A stretch of DNA of 55,517 nucleotides from Geobacter sp. (GCA_016223015.1 JACRPV010000033.1:1-55517), one strand, 5' to 3'. Positions 29,809 to 39,613 are shown, numbered from the stretch's first letter. A program made the numbers and translations. Notes: generated by a model from the letters alone, not told the origin.

Positions 29809-30007
29809 GACATCCTCCGTTGCAGGTTGGCAACTGTAGCCGTGCAATAAAACCGAATATACTTATCACAATAATGGAACCATTGCTACATCTATGTTAC
29901 ACCGTTTATCGATGAAAGTACGGCCAGGCAAATAATCGGGCAGACCTTGCTTTTCCTGATTCAGTAGTCTAAGCTGTCCATGCACCCCCCAAGGAGAGCC
30001 AAATTCC

Positions 30008-30823
30008 ATGAACCCGCTTCACGCAACCATTCTCGGTGCCCTGCAAGGGCTCACCGAAGTTTTGCCCATCAGCAGTTCAGCCCACCTGATTTTAGTCCCC
30101 TGGCTTCTCCACTGGCAGGAATCAGGCATCACTTTTGACGTCGCCCTCCACCTGGGGACTTTACTGGCTCTCTGCGCCTACTTCTGGCGGGATATCCTGG
30201 AACTCGGGCTCAATTTCTGTGATTCATTTTCTACAAATGGGCGCAGAAGCAGTGCGCAACGCCTCCCCTTCTATATCATTGTCGGCACCATTCCGGCAGC
30301 CGTTGTCGGAAAGCTTTTCGAAGAACCCATCGAAGCCATCTTCCGAGCGAGCCCCATGCTCATTGCAATCTTCCTGGTCGGCTTCGGCATTCTGCTCGCC
30401 TTTGCCGACACGATAGGGGCAAAACGCTGGAAAATGGAGCGGGTCACCTTGGGTGCAGCCATCACCATAGGCCTGGCCCAATGCCTGGCCCTTGTCCCCG
30501 GAGTCTCCCGCTCCGGGATAACCATAACGGCAGCGCTTCTCCTTGGATACACCCGCGAAACTTCTGCCCGCTTTTCCTTTCTCCTCTCGCTTCCCATCGT
30601 TGCCGGGGCTGGTATCCTGAAACTGGGGCATCTGATCAGGCATGGCATGCCGGCAGGGGAACTCCCCTCATTGATCATCGGCATCGCTGCTTCAGCCATT
30701 TTCGGCTACGTGAGTGTGGCATTCCTCCTCAAATATGTGCAAAAGAATTCGCTCTATCCATTTGTCTGGTACAGAGTGCTGGTAGGCTTTGGCGTAATCG
30801 GATACCTGTTTTTCTTCCATTAG
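30008..30823 (+). CDS. uppP: Undecaprenyl-diphosphatase
   Basis: QGLTEVLPISSSAH, PGVSRSGIT. Confidence 0.96.
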   Translation: MNPLHATILGALQGLTEVLPISSSAHLILVPWLLHWQESGITFDVALHLGTLLALCAYFWRDILELGLNFCDSFSTNGRRSSAQRLPFYIIVGTIPAAVVGKLFEEPIEAIFRASPMLIAIFLVGFGILLAFADTIGAKRWKMERVTLGAAITIGLAQCLALVPGVSRSGITITAALLLGYTRETSARFSFLLSLPIVAGAGILKLGHLIRHGMPAGELPSLIIGIAASAIFGYVSVAFLLKYVQKNSLYPFVWYRVLVGFGVIGYLFFFH

Positions 30824-30847
30824 GCTCCTGCGTTAAAGGGGACGAAG

Positions 30848-31534
30848 ATGTCAGGTGGGATCAAGGGATGGCCCGAAGGCGAGCGGCCACGGGAACGATT
30901 GATCAGGCAAGGCTCTGAAGGTTTAAGCGATGCCGAGTTGCTTGCCCTCATTCTGCGAACCGGCGATCACGCAGCCAAACAGAGTGCAATCGACCTGGGC
31001 AGGCAACTGCTCAAGGAGTTCGGCGACCTGCGCAGTCTCGGCAGTGCGAGCATAGCGGAAATCTGCCGCGTCAAGGGGATCGGTCCTGCCAAGGCGGTTT
31101 CAATCAAGGCCGCAATCGAAATTGCCAACCGCTGTACAGCCCGCACTCTGTCGGATGGTGACCGGTATACCTCGCCGGCACAGGTTTTTGAACATTACTA
31201 CCCCCACTTCCGTGAGCGCCGGAAAGAGTATGTGCATGCCCTGCTCCTGGATGGCAAAAATCGGGTCATGCGGAATCTACAAATCTCCGAAGGATCGCTC
31301 AACCAAAGCATCGTTCATCCCCGCGAAGTCTTCAACCCCGCCGTCCGCGACTCAGCAGCCGCCATCATCATCGTCCACAATCATCCCTCAGGCGATCCGA
31401 CCCCCAGCCGCGAAGATCTGGAATTGACCCGTCGGCTCAAGGAAGCGGGCGAACTGATGGGAATTCGCCTCCTCGACCATGTCATTATCGGTGACGGCAG
31501 TTATGTCAGCCTTGCTGACAAAGGATTGCTTTAA
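30848..31534 (+). CDS. radC: RadC / UPF0758 JAB-domain protein (long form)
   Basis: ERPRERL, LSDAELLA, HhH, VHPREVF, HNHPSGDPTPS.D. Confidence 0.95.
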   Translation: MSGGIKGWPEGERPRERLIRQGSEGLSDAELLALILRTGDHAAKQSAIDLGRQLLKEFGDLRSLGSASIAEICRVKGIGPAKAVSIKAAIEIANRCTARTLSDGDRYTSPAQVFEHYYPHFRERRKEYVHALLLDGKNRVMRNLQISEGSLNQSIVHPREVFNPAVRDSAAAIIIVHNHPSGDPTPSREDLELTRRLKEAGELMGIRLLDHVIIGDGSYVSLADKGLL

Positions 31535-32316
31535 GGGGAATTCTCCTTTACCTCCTCAGCAGGTTCTATCCTAGCGCACACCGGACACCCTTGCATTGCG
31601 AGGGGCATTTCCAGGTGACACGCGGACAAAAGTTCACTGTTGCGAAAGATCTCCGTTGTACTCCCATCCGCCTCTATCTTGCCATCCTTGATGACAATGG
31701 TTCGCGGACAGATATCCAGGACCAGGTCAAGATCATGGGTAGCCACTATCTTGGTATGATGAAAATCCGCAAGTAACTTGATGAGTTGACGACGGCCAAG
31801 GGGGTCCAAACCGGTTGTCGGTTCATCCATCACGAGAATATCAGGCATCAATGCCAAAACCGTGGCAATGGCAGCGCGTCGCTTTTCTCCCCCGGACAGG
31901 CGGTACGGCGGGCGGCCAGCCAGGTGTTCTATTCCGACTTTTTGCAGAGCTTTCCTGACCCGTTCATCAACCTCCTCCCTCGGTAATCCGAGGTTGGCAG
32001 GACCAAAAGCCACATCCTCGCCAACCGTCGGCATGAACAGCTGATCATCAGGGTCCTGAAAAATCATTCCCACAGTACGGCGCACCTCAGCCAGAGTCGC
32101 CCGGGTCACCGGGAGATCGCCGATGCGTACCTGCCCCATACTGGCCATCAGTATGCCGTTAAGGTGCAGGAGCAGGGTCGATTTCCCGGCTCCGTTGGCA
32201 CCCACCAGAGCAACCGACTCCCCATGGGTGATACGGAACGAAATCCCGTTCAAAGCCGTTGTCCCATCGGGATAGTTGTAGCAGAGATCCTTTACTTCAA
32301 CCAGGTGATGGCTCAC
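31531..32316 (-). CDS. cbiO: ECF Ni/Co transporter ATPase (NikO/CbiO)
   Basis: GANGAGKS, FQDPDDQLF, LSGGEKRR, MDEPT. GTG start overlaps the upstream stop. Confidence 0.92.
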   Translation of the reverse strand: MSHHLVEVKDLCYNYPDGTTALNGISFRITHGESVALVGANGAGKSTLLLHLNGILMASMGQVRIGDLPVTRATLAEVRRTVGMIFQDPDDQLFMPTVGEDVAFGPANLGLPREEVDERVRKALQKVGIEHLAGRPPYRLSGGEKRRAAIATVLALMPDILVMDEPTTGLDPLGRRQLIKLLADFHHTKIVATHDLDLVLDICPRTIVIKDGKIEADGSTTEIFRNSELLSACHLEMPLAMQGCPVCARIEPAEEVKENSP

Positions 32317-33125
32317 AGCATTACTCCCGAAATCAGTTCTCCCAGCAGGGAAGCAACATTCACTACCCGAAACAGGAGAAAGAGCGTGGCCCAGCATGCC
32401 ACAAAAAGAAAATCAAGCAGACCGAACCGCAAGGGCCGGCGGGGAGGGAATTCGCCGCGAAACCCTCGTGACAGCATGGCCTGATAGATCCGTTGTGCCC
32501 TTTCGAAGGTCCTGAGAAGCAGGTGGCCGACAAGCGAGGCGTAGACACGCATCCCCAGACCTTTCCCGGCAAAGGAACGAAGTGACCGTGCTCGAGCCAT
32601 CCTCCCCCCTTCTGCCGACAATACGAACAGATAGCGATAGAGAAACAGCAGCTGAACTGCAAACACGCGGGGCATCCCCAGACGTTCGAGGGCAAGACAG
32701 ACATCACTGAATCCGGTTACCGCAATCAGGATAAACGCAGCAAGGACCGTGAGGCAAAAACGTATTACCATTGAAAAATACGACAACCACCCTCCGGTCA
32801 CTGCAACGTTACCGATGCTTCCGACAATAGTTTGGTCATAAATCGGATTGAAAAATCCCATGACGAGAATGAACGGCAGGAGAAGCAGCACCTTGCGGGC
32901 CAGGAATGTCGCTGAAATCCCTCCCACGGACATCATGACCACGGGAAAGATGAAGAAGGGCAGCAGGGCTGAAAGTTGGTATTTGTCGAAGGAGACCACC
33001 GCAACCATGAAAGCAAGGGTTGTCAGGATTTTTGCGCGGGGGTCGAGCCGGTGCAGAAATGAATCTTTTGCTGCCAGGGTGTCCAGCAAGCCGATCTCCG
33101 GCATGATACTGACCAGCTTCCCCAT
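32313..33125 (-). CDS. cbiQ: ECF Ni/Co transporter T component (NikQ/CbiQ)
   Basis: LHRLDPRAK, ARARSLR and AMLSRG conserved Arg motifs. Confidence 0.92.
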   Translation of the reverse strand: MGKLVSIMPEIGLLDTLAAKDSFLHRLDPRAKILTTLAFMVAVVSFDKYQLSALLPFFIFPVVMMSVGGISATFLARKVLLLLPFILVMGFFNPIYDQTIVGSIGNVAVTGGWLSYFSMVIRFCLTVLAAFILIAVTGFSDVCLALERLGMPRVFAVQLLFLYRYLFVLSAEGGRMARARSLRSFAGKGLGMRVYASLVGHLLLRTFERAQRIYQAMLSRGFRGEFPPRRPLRFGLLDFLFVACWATLFLLFRVVNVASLLGELISGVML

Positions 33126-33268
33126 CGGGCCCTTTCACTATGCAACATCCCTTCCACTTGAAACAGAAGGAATCAGAGGATGTACGACGTTTACCAGTGG
33201 AACACTCCGCGTTCCAGGTACAGAAAACAATAGCTTAGAGAGAATCGACCGACAACGCATGTGAAAAC

Positions 33269-33328
33269 GTAACACCGACAGTGAGTTACGTAGCACAAAC
33301 TCATAAACCATGCGGTGATGGATGTCAA
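33269..33328 (-). promoter_or_regulatory. Sigma-70 promoter followed by GTG(C/T)TAC direct repeats, candidate NikR operator
   Basis: TTGACA(33328-23)-N17-TATGAG, then GTGCTAC(33296-90)-N14-GTGTTAC(33275-69). Confidence 0.55.
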
Positions 33329-33375
33329 GGAGTGAGATTGCAGAACTCCCAGACTCTGGCAATCACTTCAGAGCC

Positions 33376-36102
33376 CTATAGATTGAGAAAAGACTGCAAA
33401 AGGTGAGCAGGTTGCGGGCGACTGAACAGATATCCCTGCCCCTGTTCGCACCCAAGTTCTCGCAGAAGCCGCAGGTGCTCTTCGGTCTCAATCCCTTCCG
33501 CGATCACCTCCAGGCTCATGCTGTGGGCAAGGGCAATGATGGCAGCGGCAATGGCCGCATCATTGGCATTCTCTGAAATATCCCGGATGAACGACTTGTC
33601 GATCTTGAGCCGACTGATGGGAAAGTGCTTCAAGTGACCCAGGGACGAATATCCGGTACCAAAATCATCAATGGCAAGCATCACTCCCATGTCATTGAGC
33701 TCTTCCATGGTCCGGACCGCTGCTTCAACGTTCCCCATGATCATGCTTTCGGTTATCTCCAGTTCCAGACAGGATGGGTCAAAACCAGTTTGCTCCAGGG
33801 CCTGGGCAACCACTTTAGACAGATTCCCATATCGGAACTGTCGGGGGGAAATATTCACTGCCACGCGAAACGGCACCCCACCCCGTTGCTGCCATGACTT
33901 GCCTTGCTGGCAGGCAGCATGAATGACCCATTCGCCAAGGGGTACGATCAAGCCGTTGTCTTCGGCAAGGGGAATGAATCGGTCCGGCATCACAACACCC
34001 CGTACCGGATGTTGCCAGCGAACGAGCGCTTCCATACCGACCAGGGCTCCAGTGGCCAAGCCCAATTGGGGTTGAAAGTAGAGCATGAACTGTTCGTGGT
34101 CCAGCCCCCGGCGGAGTTCTCCCTCCAGGTCAAGCATTTCACGGGTCCGCCGGTTCATGTTCGTGGTGTAAAACTGATAATTGTTGCGCCCATTTTCCTT
34201 GGCGGAATACATGGCAATATCGGCGCATTTCATCAAACCGTCCACATCGGTACTGTCAGAAGGAAACAGGGTAATGCCGATACTGATGGATATATACAAT
34301 TCATGCCCACCGACCACGATCGGTTGTGCCAGAATGCCTATCAGCTTCTGGGCAACCATGGCGGCATACCGTGCATCCTCGATCTCTTCCAGAATGATGA
34401 CGAATTCGTCCCCGCCCAGCCTCGCAACTGTATCGGTCTCACGCACCCAGTAACTGAATCGCTTAGCAACCTCGCGCAACAACAAGTCACCGATCTCATG
34501 ACCGAGAGAATCGTTGATATTCTTGAATCTGTCCAGATCGATAGACAGCAACGCCACCAACCGGTCATAGCAGAGAAGTCTATTGGGAAGTTCGGTAAGA
34601 TTGTCATGATGGGCGAGAAAAAAGAGTCTCTCTTCATTTTCCCGAAGGAGGGTTTCTGCCAGCTTTCTCTGCGAAATGTCGCGGATGACCAGGAGTTCTG
34701 CCGGCTGCCCCTGCCATACCGTGCGGGCACACGTGACCTCGACGGGTATCGTCACCCCATCCCCTCTGAGCACTTCACACTCAAAGACAGGTTCAACCTG
34801 TTCACCGGCACAAGCCCTTAAACAATACTCCATGAAACGAGGACGTGCTTCATCTGGCACGAGACGCTCGACCGAAACGTTCTGCAACGTTGAGATAGCA
34901 CGCCCGAGCAGAATTGCAGCCTGTCGGTTAGAGTAGAGAATGATGCCGAGACCGGCAACAATCAACATCCCTTCATGGGCGTTCTCGGCAAGTGCCTTGA
35001 AGTTGTTTTCGCTTTCCAGGAGTGCATCATGCTCGCTGTCAAGAGCAACGACCATGGAATTGAATGCCTTTGCCAGCGTGGCAATTTCATTAACGCCTTT
35101 TATGCGGAAGAGTTTATCTTCACTGCCGTTTTCCGCGAGTGTTTCCACATGCCGTGTAAAAGAAGAAAGCGGCGCCATCAGGTAGTACATCATCAACCAG
35201 ACCACAACCAGTACGACAATGGTAGACCCCAGCACCACCAGGCGGAGAGCCTGCTTGGCCCGTTCGAGGGGGGCCAGCATCAGTGTCAAAGGATACTCCG
35301 CAACCACGATCCAGGGGGTACGCTGCAAGCGCTTGAACGAAGCAAGTACGGGCTGCTTGCGTGCATTGACCAATTCGGTTGTCCCCTCAGGATTTTTCAA
35401 AACCATCGCCAGCTGAGAATTGTCACCTCCCCAGTAACGTTGCATGATCATTGTCTTGTCGGGATGGATGATCACCATCCCGTCCGTCGAAAGCAGAAAC
35501 AGATCTCCACGGTGATTCATCCTTCGGCGGGTGAGTTCTACGAGGATGTTGCTACCGTGCAGATCCAGACTCCCCCCCATGATTGCTGCAATTCGTCCTT
35601 GCTCAGAGAAAATGGGAGCAGTCATCATGATGGCCGGATGCCCTGGGGAGTGGGTCGATTGATATGGAGCGGAGATGATCGGTTTCCCCGTCTTCATCGT
35701 AATCTGAAAATAATCCCGATAGGAAATGTCCCGGTTGCGACGGCCGGGAAGGAAGGGGCTTTCAGCAATGAGCCGGCCATCAGTGCTGAAAAGAAAGAGT
35801 CCATTATCAAAGATGGCATGCAATGAATGTTGATGGTCCAGGAAACCCTGCGCCTTGTCGGCATTTGCAGCAATATCGGTCTGAACTTTGGCTGATTCGG
35901 CCAACAATGCGTGCTGGGCAACTGAAAGCTTATCATCAATGGTTTCTGCAAGCGAATTCACGAGCAAAAGCTGTTGGGTTGCTATGGTCCGGCGGTAATC
36001 CCGCTCACTGGCATAATGAACATACATTGCCAACAGAGTGGCAAAAAGGACAAAGAGGGCCGAAATTGCAACTGCAACCCGAGTTTTGAGCCCGATACTC
36101 AC
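33376..36102 (-). CDS. Membrane dCache-HAMP-PAS-GGDEF-EAL diguanylate cyclase/phosphodiesterase
   Basis: TM-Cache (DISYRDYF)-TM, HAMP, PAS, RLGGDEF, EALVRW, DDFGTGYSS. A short in-frame gap is apparent near 34560. Confidence 0.93.
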   Translation of the reverse strand: MSIGLKTRVAVAISALFVLFATLLAMYVHYASERDYRRTIATQQLLLVNSLAETIDDKLSVAQHALLAESAKVQTDIAANADKAQGFLDHQHSLHAIFDNGLFLFSTDGRLIAESPFLPGRRNRDISYRDYFQITMKTGKPIISAPYQSTHSPGHPAIMMTAPIFSEQGRIAAIMGGSLDLHGSNILVELTRRRMNHRGDLFLLSTDGMVIIHPDKTMIMQRYWGGDNSQLAMVLKNPEGTTELVNARKQPVLASFKRLQRTPWIVVAEYPLTLMLAPLERAKQALRLVVLGSTIVVLVVVWLMMYYLMAPLSSFTRHVETLAENGSEDKLFRIKGVNEIATLAKAFNSMVVALDSEHDALLESENNFKALAENAHEGMLIVAGLGIILYSNRQAAILLGRAISTLQNVSVERLVPDEARPRFMEYCLRACAGEQVEPVFECEVLRGDGVTIPVEVTCARTVWQGQPAELLVIRDISQRKLAETLLRENEERLFFLAHHDNLTELPNRLLCYDRLVALLSIDLDRFKNINDSLGHEIGDLLLREVAKRFSYWVRETDTVARLGGDEFVIILEEIEDARYAAMVAQKLIGILAQPIVVGGHELYISISIGITLFPSDSTDVDGLMKCADIAMYSAKENGRNNYQFYTTNMNRRTREMLDLEGELRRGLDHEQFMLYFQPQLGLATGALVGMEALVRWQHPVRGVVMPDRFIPLAEDNGLIVPLGEWVIHAACQQGKSWQQRGGVPFRVAVNISPRQFRYGNLSKVVAQALEQTGFDPSCLELEITESMIMGNVEAAVRTMEELNDMGVMLAIDDFGTGYSSLGHLKHFPISRLKIDKSFIRDISENANDAAIAAAIIALAHSMSLEVIAEGIETEEHLRLLRELGCEQGQGYLFSRPQPAHLLQSFLNL

Positions 36103-36119
36103 GATCCAAACCTGTCCAT

Positions 36120-37007
36120 TCAATTTTCGCGTAGATACGAGGAAATGCAGGCAGCAAAATGCTGCGCATCAAAATCAAAAGTCGTACGCCAGTCACCATT
36201 GCAAATGTTTTCTTCGAGCAGCATCTGGATCTGATCCATGGAAAGCGGGAAAAACGAAAAACCCTGGAGCATTGGCGTCACCAGTTTCAGCAGCCCTACA
36301 GGATTTTTCAGCTTGAGGACCGTCGATTTCCCGAGAGTAGAACCGATTACGTCAAGTAACTCTATATAGGTCAAACGGTCAGGACCGCAGAGTTCGTAAG
36401 TCTCGCCAATAGTCTGTTGCATCTCTAAAGCCATGGCAAAGCATCGACAAACATCGGCAACTGCGATCGGTTGAAGCCGGTACATCCCGTCACCGATGAC
36501 CGGAACGGCAGGATACCTGCGGATGTACCCGGCAAGCATGGAGATGAAGGCATCACCCGGTCCAAAGATTACCGAAGGCCGGAATATGGTCCAGGCGAGG
36601 TCCGAGGCACGCACCAGTTCTTCGGCGCGCCATTTCGTCCGATGATAGTGGGAAACCGCGTTTGGCCTTGTACCAAGGGCCGACATCTGGATGTACCGTT
36701 TGACATCGGCCTTGCGTGTCGCGGCTATCATGGCTTGAGTTGCTGCGACATGCAACTTCTCGAAAGTCACGCCGTGGGTCGGGAACTCGCGGATAATCCC
36801 CACAAGATTTATGACTGCATCGCAGCCGTTAATTTCACGATAATATTCATCGGCATTGGTGACATCACCCTCGACCATTTTACACCCATCAAGTGCAGAG
36901 CCTTTCCGGCTGTGCGTCAATAACGTAATTTCGTGACCACGCTTTCGCAATTCACGGCACAAATGACCTCCGACAAAGCCAGTCCCTCCAGCGATAAATA
37001 CTCGCAC
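36120..37007 (-). CDS. NAD-dependent epimerase/dehydratase, complex I NDUFA9-like
   Basis: GGTGFVG, INLVGII, YHRTK, RPSVIFG. Confidence 0.92.
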   Translation of the reverse strand: MRVFIAGGTGFVGGHLCRELRKRGHEITLLTHSRKGSALDGCKMVEGDVTNADEYYREINGCDAVINLVGIIREFPTHGVTFEKLHVAATQAMIAATRKADVKRYIQMSALGTRPNAVSHYHRTKWRAEELVRASDLAWTIFRPSVIFGPGDAFISMLAGYIRRYPAVPVIGDGMYRLQPIAVADVCRCFAMALEMQQTIGETYELCGPDRLTYIELLDVIGSTLGKSTVLKLKNPVGLLKLVTPMLQGFSFFPLSMDQIQMLLEENICNGDWRTTFDFDAQHFAACISSYLREN

Positions 37008-37185
37008 GACTCCCTTCTCCTTCCCTGCTCATGCTAATGTGCAGAACAAATTCTACCGCACCCGCCGGTAAAAGCCAGTTGCGACCGGCTCAGACATCGA
37101 CCTCTCGTGTGCATGTGTATACAATCAGCTTGTACTTGCGCAGCAGGTGTGATAAAAAGTCGTTAATTCTTCAAACTGGGAGGAT

Positions 37186-37665
37186 ATGCTCATGAACGAT
37201 CAGGATCAGGTCTGTTATACATTTGAGGCCGCAATCGAGATGGCCATCACTATGGAAGAGGAAGGGTTCAGAAACTATTTGAACGCTATCCGAATAATGA
37301 AGAACAAAGGTGCCAAGGAAATCCTGAAGGATGCTGCCATCGATGAGTTGCACCACAAACAGCAGTTGGAACTGGCTCTCCTGGAAGGCCAGATAACAGG
37401 CGAAGGAATGGTACGCCCCGTACCGACCATGAATCTCGGCTACGTGCTTGCCAAAAAGGAATTGACGCCAAACTCCGACGCGCGTGAGGCCCTTGCCTAT
37501 GCCATCCATCTCGAAAAAGGTGCCGTCGACTTTTACACCCGGATGGCACAGGGGTGTACCGGCGCTCCCAATGCAAGCCTGTTCGACCGGTTGCTTGCCG
37601 ACGAGAGCCGTCACCTTCAGATCCTTGAAGACCTCTACGAGCAACATTTCCTGACGGAAAACTGA
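37186..37665 (+). CDS. Ferritin-like / rubrerythrin diiron domain protein
   Basis: Two E..E / DExxH helix pairs (AITMEEEG...DELHH; AIHLEK...DESRH). Confidence 0.9.
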   Translation: MLMNDQDQVCYTFEAAIEMAITMEEEGFRNYLNAIRIMKNKGAKEILKDAAIDELHHKQQLELALLEGQITGEGMVRPVPTMNLGYVLAKKELTPNSDAREALAYAIHLEKGAVDFYTRMAQGCTGAPNASLFDRLLADESRHLQILEDLYEQHFLTEN

Positions 37666-37772
37666 CCGCCAGAAAAGGGGGAAAGGGAACTCGACCCCAG
37701 CCTTTAATAGCGTTCTGAAGACAGTGTAACCTCTCACGGACTGACCATGAGCAATATTTGGTTATCTCCACG

Positions 37773-37813
37773 AAAAAAGGCCACCGGTTTGCTGCACAAG
37801 CCGGTGGCCTTTT
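37773..37813. terminator. Bidirectional intrinsic terminator between convergent genes
   Basis: AAAAAAGGCCACCGGTTTG-ctgca-CAAGCCGGTGGCCTTTT. Confidence 0.85.
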
Positions 37814-37861
37814 CCATAATATCACCTGGGGTATGCCAGGTATTGCCCAGATAGAATGCCG

Positions 37862-38785
37862 CTATAAATCTCTCAATCCGCGATACTTGCTCATACCTCT
37901 TTTGAGTGCGGCCGAAAGCTCCTCCGGCAGACTGCTCTTTAATTCCTGAGTTCCTTGCCTGAATTCACTCTCTGCCTTGCTCGCAACCCCTGAAATTCTT
38001 GTCGGAGAGCCCGCCGGTGAAATGGCGAGGGTGTGAACAGATCTATAAATCTCATATAATTTTATCAGTTTATCGTTTGCCTGATCAAATTTCCCTGGAG
38101 GATTATTCAACTTCTGCATGATCTTATCAACCTCGTCCTTGACCTTACCCATCTTTATTTCATCTTCTGGGCTAATCCGAGCATTACCTCTCGATTTCAT
38201 CTCTTCTGAAATCTTGGAACACGCCGTCAAACCATACTCCATCCCGGATTTTACCCCGTACAACGCCTTTATGTAATTTTCCGCATATTGTTGTTGTGCC
38301 TTATGCTGTAGATAAAACCACCCACCCGAAGCAACTACTGCCACAAGAAGCATCACTCCGGCAGCAATCATTGCAAATTTACGCGATTTTTCACGGGATA
38401 CCGGTGTGACGTTCTTTGCCTTAGACGCGTACCCCGAAACACCTTTTGGCTTAGCAGTCCCCCATTCGAAAGAAAGGTCCTTCAGGCTGGAAAATGCATC
38501 TACAATCTTCCTGATCTTCTTGCGAGCTACATCGGGTGCTTCCGCCACAAAATAGTCAGGATATAATTCGCCACATGAGGGGCAGTGGAGAGACGAACCG
38601 AGGTCGTTGCCGCACTTTGCGCAATGTGCATCTTCTGATTTCCGGTAGGCCCTGTGAGCGATACTCTCACGAGTGATGAGAAAGCGAGCCTTGCATGCAG
38701 TACAGTTGGTCGCAGTACCGCCTTCTGGTATCTCGGCAAGATCCACCTCGTTCCGTGCGGCACATTTCGGGCATGCACAAATCAT
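37862..38785 (-). CDS. Double zinc-ribbon (MJ0042-like) single-TM membrane protein
   Basis: CPKC..CTAC and CAKC..CPSC, a TM at about aa 138-159, helical C-terminus. Confidence 0.85.
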   Translation of the reverse strand: MICACPKCAARNEVDLAEIPEGGTATNCTACKARFLITRESIAHRAYRKSEDAHCAKCGNDLGSSLHCPSCGELYPDYFVAEAPDVARKKIRKIVDAFSSLKDLSFEWGTAKPKGVSGYASKAKNVTPVSREKSRKFAMIAAGVMLLVAVVASGGWFYLQHKAQQQYAENYIKALYGVKSGMEYGLTACSKISEEMKSRGNARISPEDEIKMGKVKDEVDKIMQKLNNPPGKFDQANDKLIKLYEIYRSVHTLAISPAGSPTRISGVASKAESEFRQGTQELKSSLPEELSAALKRGMSKYRGLRDL

Positions 38786-38867
38786 AAATCGTTCACCTTT
38801 TCACATAACATGTCTGCTTAAGCAATCATGCACAATTAACCTTTTACTCACTACATCAGATTCCTGG

Positions 38868-39392
38868 CTATCTGATCCCAACGTACCCACCGTCGCCTGC
38901 TCTGACAATGTCATCGTCGCTGGCAGGGTCTGAGGAGTCCGCCGCACTCGCGCCATCCTCACCTTTGCTGTAAAGATCAAATTCAGAATTTAGATCATGA
39001 AGGCCCAAATCCTGCAATGGTGTTTTCCCGCCAACTGCGAAGTTGTAATATTCATAAGGGTTTCCCCATGGGTCACGCAGAGTTCCCCTGCCGATATCAT
39101 CGAGACTGTCGGGCAAAGCTCCTCTGTCTACGAGATATGCCGTGATATCATTTTCCATGGTCCGGATATCACCCTCTGCTCTGGCGATTTTCGATGAATT
39201 CACATACGAATTATACGCAGGGATCGCCATGAGGGCTAAAACCCCTAAGATAGCGGTGACCACAATAAGTTCTATCAAAGTGAAACCACGGTTATCCACT
39301 GAAAGTTCTCTCCAAGCCTGACCGGCATCGGCAACCGACTCACATACAACATTTCCATTTCGAGACAGGTGAGAAAAGGCATTTTTCTTCAT
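38868..39392 (-). CDS. Type II secretion pseudopilin / prepilin (GspG/OxpG-like)
   Basis: Cleavage motif RG|FTLIELIVV, DPWGNPY, DLYSKGEDG. Start codon uncertain. Confidence 0.88.
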   Translation of the reverse strand: MKKNAFSHLSRNGNVVCESVADAGQAWRELSVDNRGFTLIELIVVTAILGVLALMAIPAYNSYVNSSKIARAEGDIRTMENDITAYLVDRGALPDSLDDIGRGTLRDPWGNPYEYYNFAVGGKTPLQDLGLHDLNSEFDLYSKGEDGASAADSSDPASDDDIVRAGDGGYVGIR

Positions 39393-39541
39393 CGAGTCTT
39401 TACCATAAGATACACTTTTGATTAATCTCACTCGAGTTTATCACACGTATGGAATATACAAGTATGCATCGGCTCAATCGTCAAGCATGTTAATCCAGCA
39501 TCTTTCAAGTCAAGAGCTAAGACCAGATACGTTTTATTACG

Positions 39542-39568
39542 TTATCGGCCTGAGTTGAAAACTCCTAA
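39542..39568 (-). promoter_or_regulatory. Possible sigma-28 promoter upstream of the pseudopilin
   Basis: TTAG-N15-GCCGATAA: perfect -10 element, imperfect -35. Confidence 0.45.
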
Positions 39569-39613
39569 AGAATCTGAGAAAAAGAATTATTCAATTGCGG
39601 GTTTCCCCCATCG

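Noticed and set aside
30848-31534. radC as a marker of a mobile element
   Set aside because: It is the long chromosomal form next to uppP, with no integrase, transposase or att sites nearby.
33138-33362. 74-aa ORF as the missing ECF S component
   Set aside because: It has no MH N-terminus or TM pattern and overlaps the promoter and operator.
33126-33375. Cobalamin riboswitch upstream of cbiQO
   Set aside because: No B12-box or other recognisable conserved elements by eye. An Infernal search would be definitive.
39393-39613. c-di-GMP/cGAMP (GEMM-I) riboswitch upstream of the pseudopilin
   Set aside because: No GEMM-like two-hairpin or tetraloop-receptor pattern was seen.
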